64,000 nt of DNA from Polyangiales bacterium (GCA_038231275.1 JBBRLQ010000002.1:320001-384000), one strand, 5' to 3'. Positions 38,162-48,817 are shown, counted from the first letter of the stretch. A program made the numbers and translations. The notes: generated by a model not told the origin, from the letters alone.

Positions 38162-39086
38162 GCGAGGTCTGCATCGACTCGTAGGCCGCGGCCGCCGACG
38201 GCATCGCGCGCACCGACGACGGCGACACCCCGAAGCGGCGCCGGAACGCGCGCGTGAAGTGGCTGTGCGTCGCGAACCCGAGGTCGACGGCGAGCGCGGC
38301 GAGGCTCGGCTCCCCGTCCAGGATTCGTTCGAGCGCGCGGTGGAGCCGCAGCTCCGTCACGTAACCGTGCAACGTTCGCCCGGTCGCGCCGCGAAAGACC
38401 CGGCACAGGTGGAACGGCGACGCGCCGAGCGCGCGAGACAGGGCATCGAGCGAGAGGCGTTCGGTGAAGCGCGCCGCGAGCAAGCCCTCCGCGGCGGTGG
38501 CGAGGTCTCGACGAGCGCGGCACCCTGCGGTCATCCGGGCTGGCGGCGCTCTCCCCGCGAGCGCGAGCCCGCCGGACGCATCGTCGACGACCGTTGCGAG
38601 GACGGAGAACATGCGCTCCTCGACCGATTCGTCGTCGTCGCCGGCGAGGACGCTTCGCAGCAGCAGGCGCTGGCGTAGGACCGTTCGGGGCGTCACCGGG
38701 GCGGTCGTTCGAGAGAACGGGCGATCGTCGCGCGCGGCGACACCATCGCCGAGGAGGTCGTGGGCGCCCGCGAGCTCGGACGGCGAAAACGCAGCCGACA
38801 AATCCGCCGCGTCGAACGCGAGCCACGTGCACAGATCCCCCTCCGCAGCGATCGCCTCACGACGGTACTCGGCGCCGCGGTTGTAGAACATGACGCGCGC
38901 AGGAGTGGCCACGATCGGCGCACTCCCCGCGTGCGTGATGCGCACCGCTGTCACGGGGAAGACCACGAGATGCGCGCGCGCCGGTCCGCTGTCCGCGAAG
39001 TGCGGCTCGTCGGGGCGCGCGCGGAAGACTCCCATGCGCGCGCGCTCGCCCTGAAACACCACTCCGCGAGGCAACGAGGATCGCAC
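38115..39086 (-). CDS. AraC family transcriptional regulator
   Basis: SPFHLCRVFR, LAVDLGFATHSHFTRAFRRRFGVSP. Confidence 0.9.
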   Translation of the reverse strand: MRSSLPRGVVFQGERARMGVFRARPDEPHFADSGPARAHLVVFPVTAVRITHAGSAPIVATPARVMFYNRGAEYRREAIAAEGDLCTWLAFDAADLSAAFSPSELAGAHDLLGDGVAARDDRPFSRTTAPVTPRTVLRQRLLLRSVLAGDDDESVEERMFSVLATVVDDASGGLALAGRAPPARMTAGCRARRDLATAAEGLLAARFTERLSLDALSRALGASPFHLCRVFRGATGRTLHGYVTELRLHRALERILDGEPSLAALAVDLGFATHSHFTRAFRRRFGVSPSSVRAMPSAAAAYESMQTSLSTWPRTWSRSRGSR

Positions 39087-39094
39087 CGAAGAGA

Positions 39095-40345
39095 TCAGGT
39101 CGCGATCAACTCTTTGATCGGTCCCCCCTCGTCGGTGATGGCGATGGGGCGCCCCGCGGGTGTCGTCCGCGACTCCCGCGGATCAATCCCGGCGAGCGAC
39201 GCGACGGTCGCGAATAGATCAGGGACAGTCACCGGGCTCCTCACGACCTTCTCGCCGCGCGCGTCGGTCGCGCCGTGGACGTAGCCCTTCCGCGCGCCGC
39301 CGCCCGCGAGGACGGCGCTCCACGCTTGCGGATAGTGGTCGCGTCCGTCGTTGCCGTTGATGCGCGGCGTCCGACCGAAGTCCCCCATCCAGAGGACCAG
39401 CGTGGAGTCGAGCAGCTTCCTCGCCTCGAGATCGCGGAGGAGCGCGCTCATCGCCGGATCGAGCGTCCCCATCAGCTGACGCGTCTTGGTGAAGCCGTCC
39501 TTGTGCGTGTCCCACCCGTCGAGCGTCACTTCCACATAGCGCACGCCGGCCTCCACGAGGCGCCGCGCGACGAGGCACCCGCGGCCGAAATCGGTCGCGC
39601 CGTAGTCTTTTTTCACAGCGTCGGGCTCGCCGTCGATGTCGAACGCGGCGAGGCGTGGGGCCTGCATCATCGTCATCGCCTTGCCGTACAGCGCGCGGCG
39701 GCCGTCCACCTTGCCGTCCCCACTCTCGGTCTGGAAGCGCTGCTCCATCTGATCGAGCAGCTTCTGCCGCGACGCGAACCGCGACGGATCGGCGAGCGCA
39801 GTGACGTTCTGCGGGAGCTCGCCGGCTTTCTGGACCACGAACGGGCCGTGCTGCACGCCGAAGAACCCGGCGCCGGCGCTCGGACCGCCGACGCTGACGA
39901 ACGCAGGGAGGCCGTTTTTGGCGTCGGGACCGAGCACGCTCGACCAGCTCCCGAATGCCGGATGCTGCACCGTCGGGTTCGGCGCGTAGCCAGTGTGCAT
40001 CAAGTAGCGCGCGCGCTGGTGGTTGCCCTCTTTGCTCGTCCCGCTGCGAACCACGGAGAGCTTCGACGCCTCCCGCGCGAGGAGCGGCATGTGCTCGCAG
40101 ATCGACAAATCGGCGACACTGGTAGCGATCGCCTTGTGCGGCCCGCCGGTGCGCTCGCCGGGCTTCGGGTCCCATGTGTCGAGCTGGCTCGGGCCTCCGT
40201 TCATCCACAGAACGATCACGGCGCGGGCCTTGGCGGTTCCGGCGGCGAGGGCGTTGCGCGGGCCGAGCAAGCGCGACGCCAGGAGAGCGGCGAGGCCGGA
40301 TGCAGTGGTCGTGAGGAGCGGTCGTCGTCCGATGGGCATCGTCAT
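39095..40345 (-). CDS. DUF1501 domain protein (Tat-exported)
   Basis: GRRPLL, LWMNGGPSQLDTWDPKP, ARRLVEAGVR, WDTH, FGRTPRIN, RDHYP. Confidence 0.9.
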   Translation of the reverse strand: MTMPIGRRPLLTTTASGLAALLASRLLGPRNALAAGTAKARAVIVLWMNGGPSQLDTWDPKPGERTGGPHKAIATSVADLSICEHMPLLAREASKLSVVRSGTSKEGNHQRARYLMHTGYAPNPTVQHPAFGSWSSVLGPDAKNGLPAFVSVGGPSAGAGFFGVQHGPFVVQKAGELPQNVTALADPSRFASRQKLLDQMEQRFQTESGDGKVDGRRALYGKAMTMMQAPRLAAFDIDGEPDAVKKDYGATDFGRGCLVARRLVEAGVRYVEVTLDGWDTHKDGFTKTRQLMGTLDPAMSALLRDLEARKLLDSTLVLWMGDFGRTPRINGNDGRDHYPQAWSAVLAGGGARKGYVHGATDARGEKVVRSPVTVPDLFATVASLAGIDPRESRTTPAGRPIAITDEGGPIKELIAT

Positions 40346-40356
40346 GGCGGCTTCCT

Positions 40357-42147
40357 TCAGTGGTTGAACGCGAACTCGCTGGAGTTGAGGAGCGCCCAGA
40401 AGACGTCCTCGAACGCGGCGCGGCGAGGATCGGCGCTCGGACGGCGCCCGAGGCGTCTCAGCGGATCGCCAGGCTTCGGGACGCCGGCGGCCGCGGAGAC
40501 CGGCGGCGGCGAGGCGACGTATTTCGCCCACAGCTCCACCTCGTCCGGCGCCGGCGAGCGGCCGACCGTGCGGAGGTACAGCTTCTCGATGCGCTGCGCG
40601 TCGGTGCCGGCGGCGCTGTCCAGAATTTCTTCCAGCGCGCTCCCCGGCACGGCGCTGGACCCGATGCCGACGAGGCTCCCGTTCAAGAGGGCGAGCGCCT
40701 GGCTCACGGTTCCTTCGTAGCTCGGCGAGTCGGCGTCCTCGTCGACGTCGAACAAGAAGGAGTAGCGGCGGAGGAGCTGGAAGCGGAGTTGGTCCTTGTT
40801 GGCGAAGCCGGCGTGCTGCGCGGCGGTCTCGATGTTCGTCGCCTGGAAGATCGCGTTCAAGAGCTCCTCGGCGCCGAGCGGCGTGAGACGAAAACGCGAC
40901 CAGAGCTTGTTCTCCGGGTCGGCGGGCGCCGACGCTCCAGGGAGGACCTGGTACACCTCCGACAGCGCGATGGTCCGGAGGAGCCGGCGCACGTCGTAGC
41001 GGTGCGACGAGAAGTCTTTCGCGAGCTGATCGAGGATCGCCTCTGCTTGCGGCGGGTTCGATGGGCGGATGTCGTCGACCGGATCGCTGAAGCCGCGCCC
41101 GAGGAGCTGCCCCCACATGCGGTTGACGAACGCGCGGGCGAAATAGGGGTTTTCGGGCCTCGTCATCCACGCCGCGAGCGCCTGGCGGACGTCCTTCCCC
41201 TCGAGCGCGGTCCCGTCGAGCGCCGCCGGCTTCGCGTTCGCGAGGCCCGCGAGGTCCTCCTTCTTCTGGAAGCGCGGCGCCGCGCGATCGAGGGGGACGA
41301 GCTCGACGCGCCGGATCTGGCCCATCGCCGGCTTCTCGTTGTCGAGCCGCTGCACACGCATGCGCGCGAAGGCCGCGGCGAAGCGCCAGAAGTAGTCCTG
41401 CTTCCACTTCTCGGTCTTGTGATCGTGGCACTGCGCGCACTGGATCTGCACGCCGAGGAACGTCTTGGAGGCGATGCCCGCGAGGTCCTGCGGAGTCTGC
41501 TCGTAGCGCAGCGTCCAGTTGACCGCGCCGTTCACCTGCGACTCGTCGCCGCTCTCGTCGGACGGAAACCAGGCTCCCTTCTTCCCGCCGCGCGGGCCTC
41601 CCGCGCTGTTGGTCCCGGTCGCGGCGACGAGCCCGGTGACGACGCGATCCCAGGGCGCGTTCTCGGCGAAGCGCACGCGCAGCCAACGACGGAACGCGCC
41701 GCGATCGAGATCCTGACCGCGCGCGTCGCGGCCGAGGAGCTCCTCGTCCCAGTAGTTCATCCAGTGATCCGCGTACGCCGGCGAGGCGAGCAGCGCGTCG
41801 ACCATCTTCGCGCGCTTTTCCGGCGAAGGATCCTTCGTGAACGCCACGGCGACCTCGGGCGGCGGGATGGTCCCGACGAGATCGACGTACGCGCGCCGCA
41901 ACCACCGCGCGTCGTCGGCGCGGCCTCGCGGCTCCAGCCCCGCGCGCTTCCACTCGGCGCGGAGCGCGGCGTCCAGCTCCATCACGCCGAACGATGCCGG
42001 GGGCGGCGGCGCGCTCTGCGTTGCGGCGGCGCTCGCGACGGGCTTGCCGGGAGGCGGCGTCGACTTGCACCCGCCCACGAGGGCGACACCTCCGAGCGCC
42101 ATGCCGAACGGAAGAAGAAGCGGAGGAAGCCGGCGCAAGGGACGCAT
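40357..42147 (-). CDS. DUF1549/DUF1553 (PSCyt2/PSD1) domain lipoprotein
   Basis: WLRRAYVDLVG.IP, FLGVQIQCAQCHDH, NPYFARAFVNRMW..LLGRG, WALLNSSEF.FNH. Confidence 0.9.
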   Translation of the reverse strand: MRPLRRLPPLLLPFGMALGGVALVGGCKSTPPPGKPVASAAATQSAPPPPASFGVMELDAALRAEWKRAGLEPRGRADDARWLRRAYVDLVGTIPPPEVAVAFTKDPSPEKRAKMVDALLASPAYADHWMNYWDEELLGRDARGQDLDRGAFRRWLRVRFAENAPWDRVVTGLVAATGTNSAGGPRGGKKGAWFPSDESGDESQVNGAVNWTLRYEQTPQDLAGIASKTFLGVQIQCAQCHDHKTEKWKQDYFWRFAAAFARMRVQRLDNEKPAMGQIRRVELVPLDRAAPRFQKKEDLAGLANAKPAALDGTALEGKDVRQALAAWMTRPENPYFARAFVNRMWGQLLGRGFSDPVDDIRPSNPPQAEAILDQLAKDFSSHRYDVRRLLRTIALSEVYQVLPGASAPADPENKLWSRFRLTPLGAEELLNAIFQATNIETAAQHAGFANKDQLRFQLLRRYSFLFDVDEDADSPSYEGTVSQALALLNGSLVGIGSSAVPGSALEEILDSAAGTDAQRIEKLYLRTVGRSPAPDEVELWAKYVASPPPVSAAAGVPKPGDPLRRLGRRPSADPRRAAFEDVFWALLNSSEFAFNH

Positions 42148-42319
42148 CGCTCGAAACGATAAACCTCCGCGCAGGGGCTGCATGCCCTTCCTTTACCCAA
42201 CTTTGCAGGGTGCGAGCCGTCACCACCCGGGCTCCTCTCCTCCTCTTGTTTGTCCCTGGGGCGTCTCGCGCCCACTTTTCGGTTGAGGGGACCTTTCCCG
42301 ACCGCCAAATGTGTGTGCC

Positions 42320-43741
42320 ATGCGGAAAGTTGCGCTCGTCTTGGCTTCTGTCGGTTTGGCGGTCGCGTGCGGAAGCTCCGGTTCGGACAACGGTACGACC
42401 CCCAGCGGCGACGATGGCGGCGCGTCGAGCGGCTCGGCGGGATCCTCCGGGTCTTCCGGCTCCTCTGGCTCCTCTGGCTCCTCCGGATCGTCGGGGAGCA
42501 GCGGATCGAGCGGCTTCGACGCATCACCCTCCGACGGCGCGACGACGGGCGCCTATCCGATCGAGCACGTCATCGTCATCGTCAAAGAGAACCACACGTT
42601 CGACAACTACTTCGGCACCTTCCCCGGCGCAGAGGGAACGACTACCTGCACGAAGCACGACGGCACGACGATGCCGTGCGGTCACGCGCCCGACAAGACC
42701 GGCTCCACCGATCCGTGCCACGCGCACTCGTGCGCCGTCACCGACTACAACGCCGGCGCGATGAACGGATGGGACCTCGCGGGCGGCTCGGCGGAGAAGA
42801 GCGATCTCCCGTACGGCCAGTACCTCGAGGCCGACATCCCCAACTATTGGTCCTACGCGCGAAAGTTCACGCTCGGCGATCACTTCTTCGCCAACGTGCT
42901 CGGCCCGAGCTTCCCCGGACACCTCGTCGTCCTCGCGGGCCAGTCCGGATGGACGTACGGCAACCCGAACACCGACGTCACGCATCCGTACTGGGGCTGC
43001 GATCAAGCGGCGAGCACGCGTGTCCCGGTGCAGAACCAAACGACCTGCAAGGAAGACTCGGTCTTCCCGTGCTTCAAGATCCCGACGGTGCCGGACATCC
43101 TCCCGGCGACCGTGTCGTGGAAGTTCTACGGCACGAACTTTTACGTCCTGCCGGAGATCTGGTCGATGTTCAACGCGGTCGACGGCATCCGCAACGATCC
43201 GAACAAGTGGAGCCACATCGTCAAGGCGGACGAGTTCGACACCGACGTCGACAACGGCACGCTCCCCAACGTCGTGTGGCTCGTCGATCAGGATTTCGCC
43301 GACGAGCACCCGACGATCGGCGGCGTCTGCCAGGGCGAGAACTGGACGGTCCAGAAGATCAACAAGATCATGCAGGACACCAAACACGACTACTGGAAGA
43401 AGACGGCGATCCTCTTCACGATGGACGATTTCGGCGGTTGGTACGATCACGTGAAGCCTCCGCGCCAGTACGGCTGCGACGCGCAGAACCCGTACGGCCT
43501 CGGCTTCCGCCTGCCGCTCATCGTCATCTCGCCGTATGCGAAGCCCGCGTACGTGTTCAAGGACGTGTCGGAGCAAGCGAGCATCCCGAAGTTCATCGGC
43601 AAGGTGTTCGGCGCGACGAAGACGCTCAGCGATCTCGATCCGGCGGCGCAGGATGGCCAGGCCAACGATCTCATGGGGGCCTTCGATTTCAAGCAGCTGC
43701 CGCTTCCGCCGCTCGTGCTGCAGCAGCGGAACTGCCCCTGA
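42320..43741 (+). CDS. Phosphoesterase / phospholipase C (AcpA/PlcH family) lipoprotein
   Basis: IEHVIVIVKENHTFDNYFG, GPSFPGH, EHP, DDFGGWYDHV, GFRLP...SPYAK. Confidence 0.9.
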   Translation: MRKVALVLASVGLAVACGSSGSDNGTTPSGDDGGASSGSAGSSGSSGSSGSSGSSGSSGSSGSSGFDASPSDGATTGAYPIEHVIVIVKENHTFDNYFGTFPGAEGTTTCTKHDGTTMPCGHAPDKTGSTDPCHAHSCAVTDYNAGAMNGWDLAGGSAEKSDLPYGQYLEADIPNYWSYARKFTLGDHFFANVLGPSFPGHLVVLAGQSGWTYGNPNTDVTHPYWGCDQAASTRVPVQNQTTCKEDSVFPCFKIPTVPDILPATVSWKFYGTNFYVLPEIWSMFNAVDGIRNDPNKWSHIVKADEFDTDVDNGTLPNVVWLVDQDFADEHPTIGGVCQGENWTVQKINKIMQDTKHDYWKKTAILFTMDDFGGWYDHVKPPRQYGCDAQNPYGLGFRLPLIVISPYAKPAYVFKDVSEQASIPKFIGKVFGATKTLSDLDPAAQDGQANDLMGAFDFKQLPLPPLVLQQRNCP

Positions 43742-43792
43742 TTTGGCCCCTTGATTGCGTCCGAACGGGCCGCTCGCGCGTAGGATACGCGG

Positions 43793-44755
43793 ATGCTTCG
43801 TTCGTCCGTCGCGCTCGCGTGCGTGTTCGCTGCCGTCCTCACCGGTTGCCCGAAGGGGGGCGGCGACGCGGCGAGCGACTCCGGAGCGATCGCTGCGCGC
43901 GCCGACTCCAGCGGAGACGCGAACGCCGGCGAGGTCGTCGAGGATGACGACATCCGCGCGGTGTATCCCGACGACGCGGGGCCGCCGGATCCCGTCGTCC
44001 GCCGCTTCTGCGCGGCGCTCCACGATCTCCCGGAGCAGAGGCGCGACGCGTGCTGTGCCACGACGCCGGCGCTGGTGCTGACCGGAGAGTGCACGCGCAC
44101 GCTCACCGCCGCGATCGGCTTCAAGGCCGTCTCGATCGCGAGCGCCGACGTCGACGCGTGCGAGCAGGCGATGCAGACCGCGTACGCCGGGTGCGAATGG
44201 GTCGGTCCCTTCCCTCCCGAGGTCCCCGCCGCGTGCCTCGGCGTCGTGAAGGGCCAGCTCCCCGTGGGCAGGCGCTGCCGATCTTCGCTCGAGTGCGCGG
44301 CGGACATGCGCTGCCACGGCGTCGGACCGACCGCCACCGGCCGATGCGGCGCGCCCTCGGCCGACGGCGAAAAATGCGGCGGCAGCGCCGACGCGCTCGC
44401 GGGCTACACGCGCCAGAACGACACGGACGCGCGCCACCCGGAGTGCAAGGGCTGGTGCGAGCGAACCAAGTGCGCAGCGAAGGTCGCCGTCGGCGGCGCG
44501 TGCTCCCTCGGCTCGGCCTGCGGCGAGGGGAAGCTTTGCGTCGCCGGCAAGTGCGCGGTCGCCGCTCCCGCGAAGGTCGGCGAGGCGTGCCCCGGCGAGG
44601 CTTGCGAGACGGGTGCACAATGCATCAAAGGCAAGTGCCAGGCGAGAAAGACCGCTGGCGCCACGTGCGCCGCCGACTTCGAGTGCCTCGGCGGGTGCGT
44701 GAAGGGTGACGCAGGAGGAAAAGGCGTCTGCGGAAAGAAATGCGGCGCGCGGTGA
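43793..44755 (+). CDS. Cys-rich lipoprotein (myxobacterial Dickkopf-like repeats)
   Basis: LTGC lipobox; repeated G..C....C..G..C..GKC. Confidence 0.7.
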   Translation: MLRSSVALACVFAAVLTGCPKGGGDAASDSGAIAARADSSGDANAGEVVEDDDIRAVYPDDAGPPDPVVRRFCAALHDLPEQRRDACCATTPALVLTGECTRTLTAAIGFKAVSIASADVDACEQAMQTAYAGCEWVGPFPPEVPAACLGVVKGQLPVGRRCRSSLECAADMRCHGVGPTATGRCGAPSADGEKCGGSADALAGYTRQNDTDARHPECKGWCERTKCAAKVAVGGACSLGSACGEGKLCVAGKCAVAAPAKVGEACPGEACETGAQCIKGKCQARKTAGATCAADFECLGGCVKGDAGGKGVCGKKCGAR

Positions 44756-44788
44756 GACGGGGGCGCGCGGCGTCGTAACGGCCGCGCG

Positions 44789-46240
44789 TCAGTGCGCGGG
44801 CGGAGGCGGGGCGGGCTTGGTCGCGTCGTCTTGCACGCACGCGGCGAGGTCGAAGAGGAGAAACTCCACGGCCGCCTCCTGCTCGATCATCGTGCCGGCC
44901 GTGCCGCTTCCGACGTGGAGGTCCGTGAGGACCGCGCGGCCGCAGCGGTCCGACGGCTTCGACGTCACCGGGAAATTCGCGGCGAGGTAGCCGACCGAAG
45001 CGCCGCTCGTGACCCACGCCTGCGAGATGCCGGGCTTGGTCGCCTTGATGTCACCGTTCATCTGCGCGGCGAGCTGACCGTACGGAGTCGTCTTGATGCC
45101 CGGGCCCCACCCGCTCGCCTTCGTCAGGTTCTGCATCCAATCGGCGAGCGCCTTGCCCTTGGGGAACGAGACGTCGATCGTGTTGCTCGCGCTCGGCGAC
45201 GCGCCGCCCCAAAACGCCCAGTCCGCGACGCCGACCAGCTCGGCGGAGCTCTTGGTACCCTCGCCGCCGAAGAAGTTCATCTGGTAGTGAGGGCTGTACA
45301 CGCGGCCGCCGGCGTCGAGGTACGACGCCATGTTGTCGTACGCGGGGCCCATCGTGTCGCGCGGGTAGTGATCGCACTCGCACTCGCTGACGATCATGTC
45401 GTAGCTCATCATCTTGGGGAGGGAGCCCCAGAAGGCGTACGCGTCGGTCGCGGTGGCGACGCCGGCGTTCTGCGCGCCGCTCCCCGCGAACACATGCACG
45501 CTGCCGGCGCCCTTCTCGTCGGTGAGCTCTGCCGGCGAGATGCCGACCTTGGCGAGGAACGTGTGCACGGGGTCGCAGCCGCCGGTGAGCGCAATGAGCG
45601 GCATGTCGCCCTCCTGCTGGTTGGCGGGCAAGCGTGTGTCGGCGCTGCGCACGACCGTGCCGGCGCACGGCGCGACGGTGGGGACGACGATCTGTCGGCG
45701 CCACTTGCCGACCTGGATGACGAGCGGGACGTTCGTGCCGGCGGGCACGTCACTGAGCAAGAAGGCGCCGGTCGTATCGCTGAGCGCGGTGGCGATCGGC
45801 GCGCCCGACACGGCGCCGCAGCGATCGCACGACGCGCCGTGCTTGATCGGCGCCGGCTTGCTGTTCGGGACGTAGACGATCGCCCCGTAGACGGGGTTCC
45901 TCCCGGCAGGATCGAAGACGGTGCCGCTGATGGTCGTCGTCACGCCGGGGCCGCACTGCGGGACCTTGCACCGCAGCTCGGTGCAGGTGCCGCCGTCGCC
46001 TTGGCCACCGCTGCTCCCACCGCTGCTGCCGCCGCTGCTGCCGCCGCTGCTTCCACCGCTGCTACCGCCGCTGCTGCCGCCGCTGCTGCCGGGTCCGGTG
46101 GTACCGTCCGCACCGGCGTCGCCGCCGCCGTTGCCCGAGCCGCCGAACAGGCCGTCGCCGCCGTTCGCCCCGCTGCACGCCGTAAGCCCGAACGAGAGAG
46201 AAGCCACCCCAAGGAGCCGCAAGACGTCGGCCGATTTCAT
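44789..46240 (-). CDS. Myxobacterial lipoprotein with carboxypeptidase-regulatory-like domain
   Basis: LTAC, SSGG repeats, TTISGTVFDPAG.NP, VPLVIQVGKWRRQ, EFLLFDLAACV. Confidence 0.75.
   Translation of the reverse strand: MKSADVLRLLGVASLSFGLTACSGANGGDGLFGGSGNGGGDAGADGTTGPGSSGGSSGGSSGGSSGGSSGGSSGGSSGGQGDGGTCTELRCKVPQCGPGVTTTISGTVFDPAGRNPVYGAIVYVPNSKPAPIKHGASCDRCGAVSGAPIATALSDTTGAFLLSDVPAGTNVPLVIQVGKWRRQIVVPTVAPCAGTVVRSADTRLPANQQEGDMPLIALTGGCDPVHTFLAKVGISPAELTDEKGAGSVHVFAGSGAQNAGVATATDAYAFWGSLPKMMSYDMIVSECECDHYPRDTMGPAYDNMASYLDAGGRVYSPHYQMNFFGGEGTKSSAELVGVADWAFWGGASPSASNTIDVSFPKGKALADWMQNLTKASGWGPGIKTTPYGQLAAQMNGDIKATKPGISQAWVTSGASVGYLAANFPVTSKPSDRCGRAVLTDLHVGSGTAGTMIEQEAAVEFLLFDLAACVQDDATKPAPPPPAH
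46010..46092 (-). repeat. Coding (SSGG)n repeat
   Basis: 12-bp ccgctgctgccg-like units. Confidence 0.8.
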
Positions 46241-46379
46241 GGCCTCTCCTTAACAAGGCCGCGCGCAACGGCAACGCTTAACGGCAAAAGAAGCAGCGTG
46301 AGCGTTCGTGAGGAACCTATCCGCCGGCGCGTCCGTACAACGCGCCGGGTGGCGTATCGCGTTCCAACCTCGAATGACC

Positions 46380-47462
46380 TCACCCGTGCACGATGCGCTC
46401 GACGAACCAGAAGAGGCCGGCGAGGGCCACCGCGCCGCTGACCCCTTGCACGCCGCGCGGGACGAAGCCCTCCTTCTTGCGGAGGAAGTAGATCGCCGGG
46501 AGGACGAGCGCCATCACCGCGAGCTGACCCGCCTCGACGCCGACGTTGAAGAAGACGAGCGCGGTCGGGATCTGCGCGCGGGGCAGCTCGATTTCCCGTA
46601 GCGCGCCGGCGAAGCCGAAGCCGTGCACCAGGCCGAAGGGGAACGTGATGCGCCAGCGCTTCTCGGCGCTCTTGACGAAGAAGTTCTCGACGCCGACGTA
46701 GGCGATGGAGAGCGCGATCAGCGGTTCGATGACGCGCGAAGGCGGGACCCACGCTCCGAATGCAGCGACGGCCAACGTGATCGAGTGCGCGACGGTGAAG
46801 GCGGTGACGACCGCGAGCATCGATCTGACGCGACCGCCCACGATGACGAGACCGAGCAAGAAGACGAGGTGATCGTAGCCCGTCAGGATGTGCTCGATAC
46901 CCATCGTGAAGAACCCGACCGCGCCGATACCGCTCTTCGGGGTCCCCTGCGCGGCATCGGACGGCGCGACCGCGTCGACGGTCTCGTGCCCGCGGTAGGC
47001 GACCTCGTCGATCGTGATCGTGCCGAGGACGACGTGCGCGATGTGGCGATGACCGTGCGAGAGCTCGCCGAGGAGCTTCACGTCCACCTCGAGGCGTACC
47101 GGTGGCATGGGGCACCGGTAGCGGACCGTGAGGGCGATGCCGTCCTCTTCGGTGAGGCGAGCGTCGCCGAGAGTGCCGGGGCACGCCTGCCCGTTCCCGC
47201 GGACAAGAACGCCCAGCGTGATCGCTTTGGCGAGCGCGCCCTTGGAGGCGACCACGTCCTCGGCGCGGATGCTCCCGTCGCGATCGGGATCCAGCGACGG
47301 CACGATCCCCAGCATCTCGCCGCGCGCGAACGTGATCTCGGCGTCCACGACGTCACCGTCGAGCGTGTACGACCCCTTCGAGACCCCGATCGCGTGCGCC
47401 GCCGCCGTCCCCGCGACGAGCCAGACGGCGATCGCGAGGACGAGGGTGACGAGGGCTTTCAT
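46380..47462 (-). CDS. HupE/UreJ family protein (HupE_UreJ_2 type)
   Basis: GIEHILTGYDHLVF, TAFTVAHSITL, FGLVHGFGFA, FNVGVEAGQ. Confidence 0.9.
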   Translation of the reverse strand: MKALVTLVLAIAVWLVAGTAAAHAIGVSKGSYTLDGDVVDAEITFARGEMLGIVPSLDPDRDGSIRAEDVVASKGALAKAITLGVLVRGNGQACPGTLGDARLTEEDGIALTVRYRCPMPPVRLEVDVKLLGELSHGHRHIAHVVLGTITIDEVAYRGHETVDAVAPSDAAQGTPKSGIGAVGFFTMGIEHILTGYDHLVFLLGLVIVGGRVRSMLAVVTAFTVAHSITLAVAAFGAWVPPSRVIEPLIALSIAYVGVENFFVKSAEKRWRITFPFGLVHGFGFAGALREIELPRAQIPTALVFFNVGVEAGQLAVMALVLPAIYFLRKKEGFVPRGVQGVSGAVALAGLFWFVERIVHG

Positions 47463-48799
47463 GACTTGGGTTTGGTCTCGAGCAGCGCGCGCGCCTCGGT
47501 GGCGCCGTCCAAATCGAAGGACGCGTTCATGGCGAGGGCGTCTTTGACGAGCTTACGGCCCGCCGCGACGTCGCCCGCCGCGATGTGGATCGCCCCCTGA
47601 TGATAGACCAGGCGCGCGTCTTTGGTGCCGAGACGTCGCGCGTGGTCGATGACCCGCTTCGCGTCGCCGACCTTGCCCGCACGGTAGAGCGCCCAGGCGT
47701 AGGTGTCCTCGGTGTACACGTCGCCGCGCGCCTTCATCTCCTCGCCGGCGAGGGCCAGGGCGTCTGCCGGCTTCTGGTTCTTGGTCGCGAGGAAGAGCGC
47801 GAGGGTGCGCGGATCGCCGCGGCGACCGTCCTTCTCGAGCTTCGCGTACGCGTCCGCCGCGCCCACCGCGTCTCCGCTCTGGCCGCGCGCGTCGCCGAGC
47901 AGCCACGCCGTTTCGGGCAGCGGGCTCTGGTCGTACGCGCGCTTGAACAGCTCCGCGGCGCGCTTGCCGTCGCCACGCGCGAGCGCCACCTTCCCGCGAC
48001 CCACGAGCGCCGGCGGATACTCGGTCAGGCCGTCGAGCGCCTTCACGAAGCCCGCGTCGGCGCCGTCGAGATCGCCCTTGTGCCAGAAGATCATGCCCGC
48101 CTGCACGAGCTCCCACGCGCGCGGCTCGGGATCCTTCGGATCGCGACCGGAGTCGATCGCGAGGCGCGCGTACTCGAGCGCCGCCTTGTCGTCGCCAGCC
48201 AGCCAGCGAAAGTACGACGCGCGGCTGTACGACGGCAGGTTCGGCTTCAGGTCCATCATCGTCTGCGCGGCGCTCGCGGCTTCTTCGAAGCGCCCGAGCT
48301 CGAGGAGCGCGTCGGAGAGCGACCCGTACGCCATCGCGTCGTCGGGGTGCTTGGCGAGGACCTTGTTCGCCAGGTCGACCGCCTCGCGGAACTTGTGATC
48401 GTTCAGGAGCACGAGCCCTTGAAGATCGTACGCGAGCTTGTCGTCCGGCGAGACCTCGAGAGCCACCTCGGCGCACGCGTTCGCGTTGACGTAAAACCCC
48501 GGGTCGCTCGACTCGCGCGCCTTGCGCACCCACGCGCGCCCGAGGAGGATCCAGTAGTCGACCTTCGCCGGATTCCTCGCGCTCGAGCGCTGAAGATCCG
48601 AGATGACGCGATCGACGCCAGCGTCGCCGGGCACCTTCGACATCGCGAGCGCGCGACTCGTCGCGAGCTTCGGCTCCGGAGCCGTGACCTTCACCTTCTC
48701 GGGCGCCGATGCCGTCGCGGCAGGCGCGGGGCTCGGCTTGGTGCAAGCAGCGGCAAAAAGCGACGTCGTCAGCGCGAGAGCGAGGGAGAGCCGTTTCAT
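47459..48799 (-). CDS. TPR-repeat lipoprotein
   Basis: AAAC lipobox; multiple TPR units; ATGA overlap with the HupE/UreJ gene. Confidence 0.85.
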   Translation of the reverse strand: MKRLSLALALTTSLFAAACTKPSPAPAATASAPEKVKVTAPEPKLATSRALAMSKVPGDAGVDRVISDLQRSSARNPAKVDYWILLGRAWVRKARESSDPGFYVNANACAEVALEVSPDDKLAYDLQGLVLLNDHKFREAVDLANKVLAKHPDDAMAYGSLSDALLELGRFEEAASAAQTMMDLKPNLPSYSRASYFRWLAGDDKAALEYARLAIDSGRDPKDPEPRAWELVQAGMIFWHKGDLDGADAGFVKALDGLTEYPPALVGRGKVALARGDGKRAAELFKRAYDQSPLPETAWLLGDARGQSGDAVGAADAYAKLEKDGRRGDPRTLALFLATKNQKPADALALAGEEMKARGDVYTEDTYAWALYRAGKVGDAKRVIDHARRLGTKDARLVYHQGAIHIAAGDVAAGRKLVKDALAMNASFDLDGATEARALLETKPKS

Positions 48800-48817
48800 C
48801 GTGTGTCCAACCTCCAC

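Noticed and set aside
40360-42162. Long antisense or alternate-frame ORFs (also 3575-5404, 6717-8402, 10882-12660, 22045-23847, 52431-54653, 54732-56717 and others)
   Set aside because: They overlap genes with clear family motifs and are Arg/Ala/Pro-rich shadows typical of GC-rich DNA.
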